Shown here: positions 41,314 through 43,118 of the stretch, piece by piece
Numbering within the stretch: the stretch's first letter is position 1
Layout: each line of letters opens with the position of its first letter
Source of the DNA: Candidatus Enterousia sp.
GTDB lineage: Bacteria; Pseudomonadota; Alphaproteobacteria; Rs-D84
Assembly (NCBI GenBank): GCA_045648865.1
Contig: JAZROU010000073.1
Coordinates: 1-43,118, forward strand
DNA: 43,118 bases
Direction of reading: 5' to 3'
Position numbers and translations under genes: made by a program
Notes under the pieces: model-generated
What the model saw: only the letters and a program-made list of their open reading frames with translations
Databases searched by the model: none
What the model was told of the DNA's origin: nothing

Positions 41314-41343
41314 ATTACACAAAGAAGATAATATTGTTTCCAT

Positions 41344-42810
41344 TTATTTCCCCATAATTATTGTTGGGCGGTTGTCAATGTTTGCCGCGGTTTCAATGTG
41401 TCGGGCCAACTGCAGAACGCGCATGTCGTCAAAGCGCGCGCCTACAACCTGCATTCCCAATGGTAAACCGTTGCCGGCCAATCCACATGGTACACTGCAT
41501 GCAGGTACCCCCGCCAGGTTCATTGCAACCGTAAACAAATCCAGTGCATAATATTCCAATGGGGTTAAATCTGAATCCAATGGCATTGCGGTTCCCGCAG
41601 AAGATGGGCAGACGATTAAATCACATTGCTCAAAGGCTGCATTAAAACTGTCGGCAATCATGCGACGAACGCGTGCGGCCTGCATGAAATATACATCATA
41701 TGATTCACTGGATAATACGGCGGTGCCGATAATCATGCGGCGTTGAACTTCGTCGCCAAAGCCGGCCGCGCGTGTCTTTTTAAATGTGTCGTAAATATCA
41801 CGACCTTCGACACGCAGACCATAACGCATGCCATCATAGCGGGCGAGATTCGATGAAGCCTCGGCAGGGGCGATGATGTAATATGCCGCCAATGCGTCCA
41901 GGATGTTTGGAATAGACACTTCAACAATTTCTGCGCCCATGGATTTCAAATCAGAAATACGTTTTTCAAATAATGTTTTCATGTCATCAGAAACTTTGAC
42001 ATCTGAAAATTCTTTGATTATACCAACGCGTAATTTTTTGCCGTCGCCCAAGATTGGTTCCAGAGGTGTGTTGCAGGTAAATCCGTGCGTGCTACTCGTT
42101 GAATCCAGTGGGTCATGTCCCGCCATGGCGGCCAGCATTAATGCGGCGTCGTCAACAGTGCGTGCAATTGGACCCGGTGTGTCCAAAGAAGATGCAAATG
42201 CAACACAGCCCCAGCGCGAACACAATCCATATGTTGGTTTCATTCCGACCATACCGGTAATAGCCGCCGGAAAGCGAATTGAACCACCTGTATCGGTGCC
42301 TGTTGCGGCGATTGCCAGTCCGCCCGCCACAGCAGATGTTGAACCGCCAGAAGAACCACCCGCGGTTAATTTGCGTTCCATTTGCCATGGGTTGATGGGG
42401 GCGCCAAAAAATGATGTCTTGCTGAATGTTCCCATGGCGAATTCGTCCAGGTTTGCCTTGCCCAATAATACGGTGCCGGCGTCAATAAATTTCTGGGATA
42501 CGGTCGATTCATATTCAGGGACAAAATTTTCCAGCATGCGTGATGCCGCGGTTGTACGGATGCCGCGTGTGGCAAATAAATCCTTCATTGCAATTGGTGC
42601 GCCGTCCAGGAATTTTGCGTCACCCGCGGCACGACGTGCATCAGATGCGGCCGCGTCAGCCATTGCGCGTTCGGGGGTTGTGGTGATATAGCAATTTAGG
42701 TCAGTGCCATATTTTTCAATGCGATCCAGGTATGCGCGTGTTAATTCAACGGCGGAAATTTCACGGTTGTTCAGTTTCTTTAATGCTTCGGTTAATGTCA
42801 GGTTTATCAT
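41344..42810 (-). CDS. gatA: Asp-tRNA(Asn)/Glu-tRNA(Gln) amidotransferase subunit A
   Basis: 488 aa. Amidase signature GGSSGGSTSAVA...GTDTGGSIR. Confidence 0.95.
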   Translation of the reverse strand: MINLTLTEALKKLNNREISAVELTRAYLDRIEKYGTDLNCYITTTPERAMADAAASDARRAAGDAKFLDGAPIAMKDLFATRGIRTTAASRMLENFVPEYESTVSQKFIDAGTVLLGKANLDEFAMGTFSKTSFFGAPINPWQMERKLTAGGSSGGSTSAVAGGLAIAATGTDTGGSIRFPAAITGMVGMKPTYGLCSRWGCVAFASSLDTPGPIARTVDDAALMLAAMAGHDPLDSTSSTHGFTCNTPLEPILGDGKKLRVGIIKEFSDVKVSDDMKTLFEKRISDLKSMGAEIVEVSIPNILDALAAYYIIAPAEASSNLARYDGMRYGLRVEGRDIYDTFKKTRAAGFGDEVQRRMIIGTAVLSSESYDVYFMQAARVRRMIADSFNAAFEQCDLIVCPSSAGTAMPLDSDLTPLEYYALDLFTVAMNLAGVPACSVPCGLAGNGLPLGMQVVGARFDDMRVLQLARHIETAANIDNRPTIIMGK

Positions 42811-42874
42811 TTTTGTTTGCTCTTACTTCTGTTTGTCTTTTGCAGTAGTGTACTTTTTCCTAGATGGTGTGTTT

Positions 42875-43118
42875 TTATTCACCATCCATAACCTTAGGAA
42901 CCGCGAAATAGCCGCGGGATGTGCCAGCATTGTCGGGCGTGTTTGCCAATACTAAATCACGTATGTTGCCATCGGTGACGATGTCATCGCGTTGTGGTAG
43001 TTTGTGTTCAGCTGGATTTAACATAGGGATTATGTTGGTTGTATCAATTTTCTGTAATTTGTTCAGCCATTCAACCACAGAATCTATGTTCATTTCGGCT
43101 AATTTTTCATCAGAGATT
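42875..43118 (-). CDS. gatC: amidotransferase subunit C (5' end beyond the window)
   Basis: The reading frame stays open to the window edge (...ISDEKLAEMNIDSVVEWLNKLQKIDT...). GatC-like VDT/P motif region. The ATG at 43093 is probably internal. Confidence 0.85.
   Translation of the reverse strand, partial: ISDEKLAEMNIDSVVEWLNKLQKIDTTNIIPMLNPAEHKLPQRDDIVTDGNIRDLVLANTPDNAGTSRGYFAVPKVMDGE

Noticed and set aside
41903-42691. 262-aa plus-strand ORF
   Set aside because: It lies entirely antisense to gatA, which carries the amidase signature. The same logic rejects 20801..21400 (antisense to gltX), 39671..40165 and 39739..40122 (antisense to gatB), and 7578..8027 and 7651..8013 (antisense to rarA).

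Overview
Gene-dense, moderately AT-rich chromosomal window. It is most consistent with an alphaproteobacterium with a streamlined, possibly host-associated (Holosporales/Rickettsiales-like) genome. Support for that: a Ros/MucR regulator, an RHH_4-type protein, GatCAB, alpha-type FtsL/TrmB, many 0-4 nt or overlapping gene junctions, and broken-up classical operons (tatA far from tatBC; ftsL-ftsI without the rest of dcw; thrS without infC-rpmI-rplT; gatC-gatA-gatB interrupted by a tRNA). I call about 48 protein genes, 2 tRNAs (Lys-CTT, Phe-GAA), roughly a dozen intrinsic terminators and some by-eye promoters. I saw no rRNA, CRISPR array, transposase, integrase or reverse transcriptase. Every call rests on motif recognition by eye; no database search, folding or statistics was run. 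Best leads: (1) a tightly coupled four-gene minus-strand operon (15766-17837) encoding a membrane/Pro-Thr-linker protein, a small protein with a degenerate HNH-like core, a SUKH/SMI1-KNR4-like putative immunity protein and an RHH regulator, i.e. a candidate undescribed toxin/immunity-like conflict module; (2) two adjacent secreted Cys-rich coiled-coil proteins (13060-15730); (3) a 70-nt hairpin repeat present twice, with a conserved loop and four compensatory stem changes; (4) an 18-codon ORF with six consecutive Thr codons just upstream of a TGS-less thrS; (5) single in-frame TAG codons interrupting recJ and a DUF2798-like gene; (6) a ybeY-lnt gene fusion; (7) several proteins that have lost canonical metal ligands (MucR, DksA, SodC-like).
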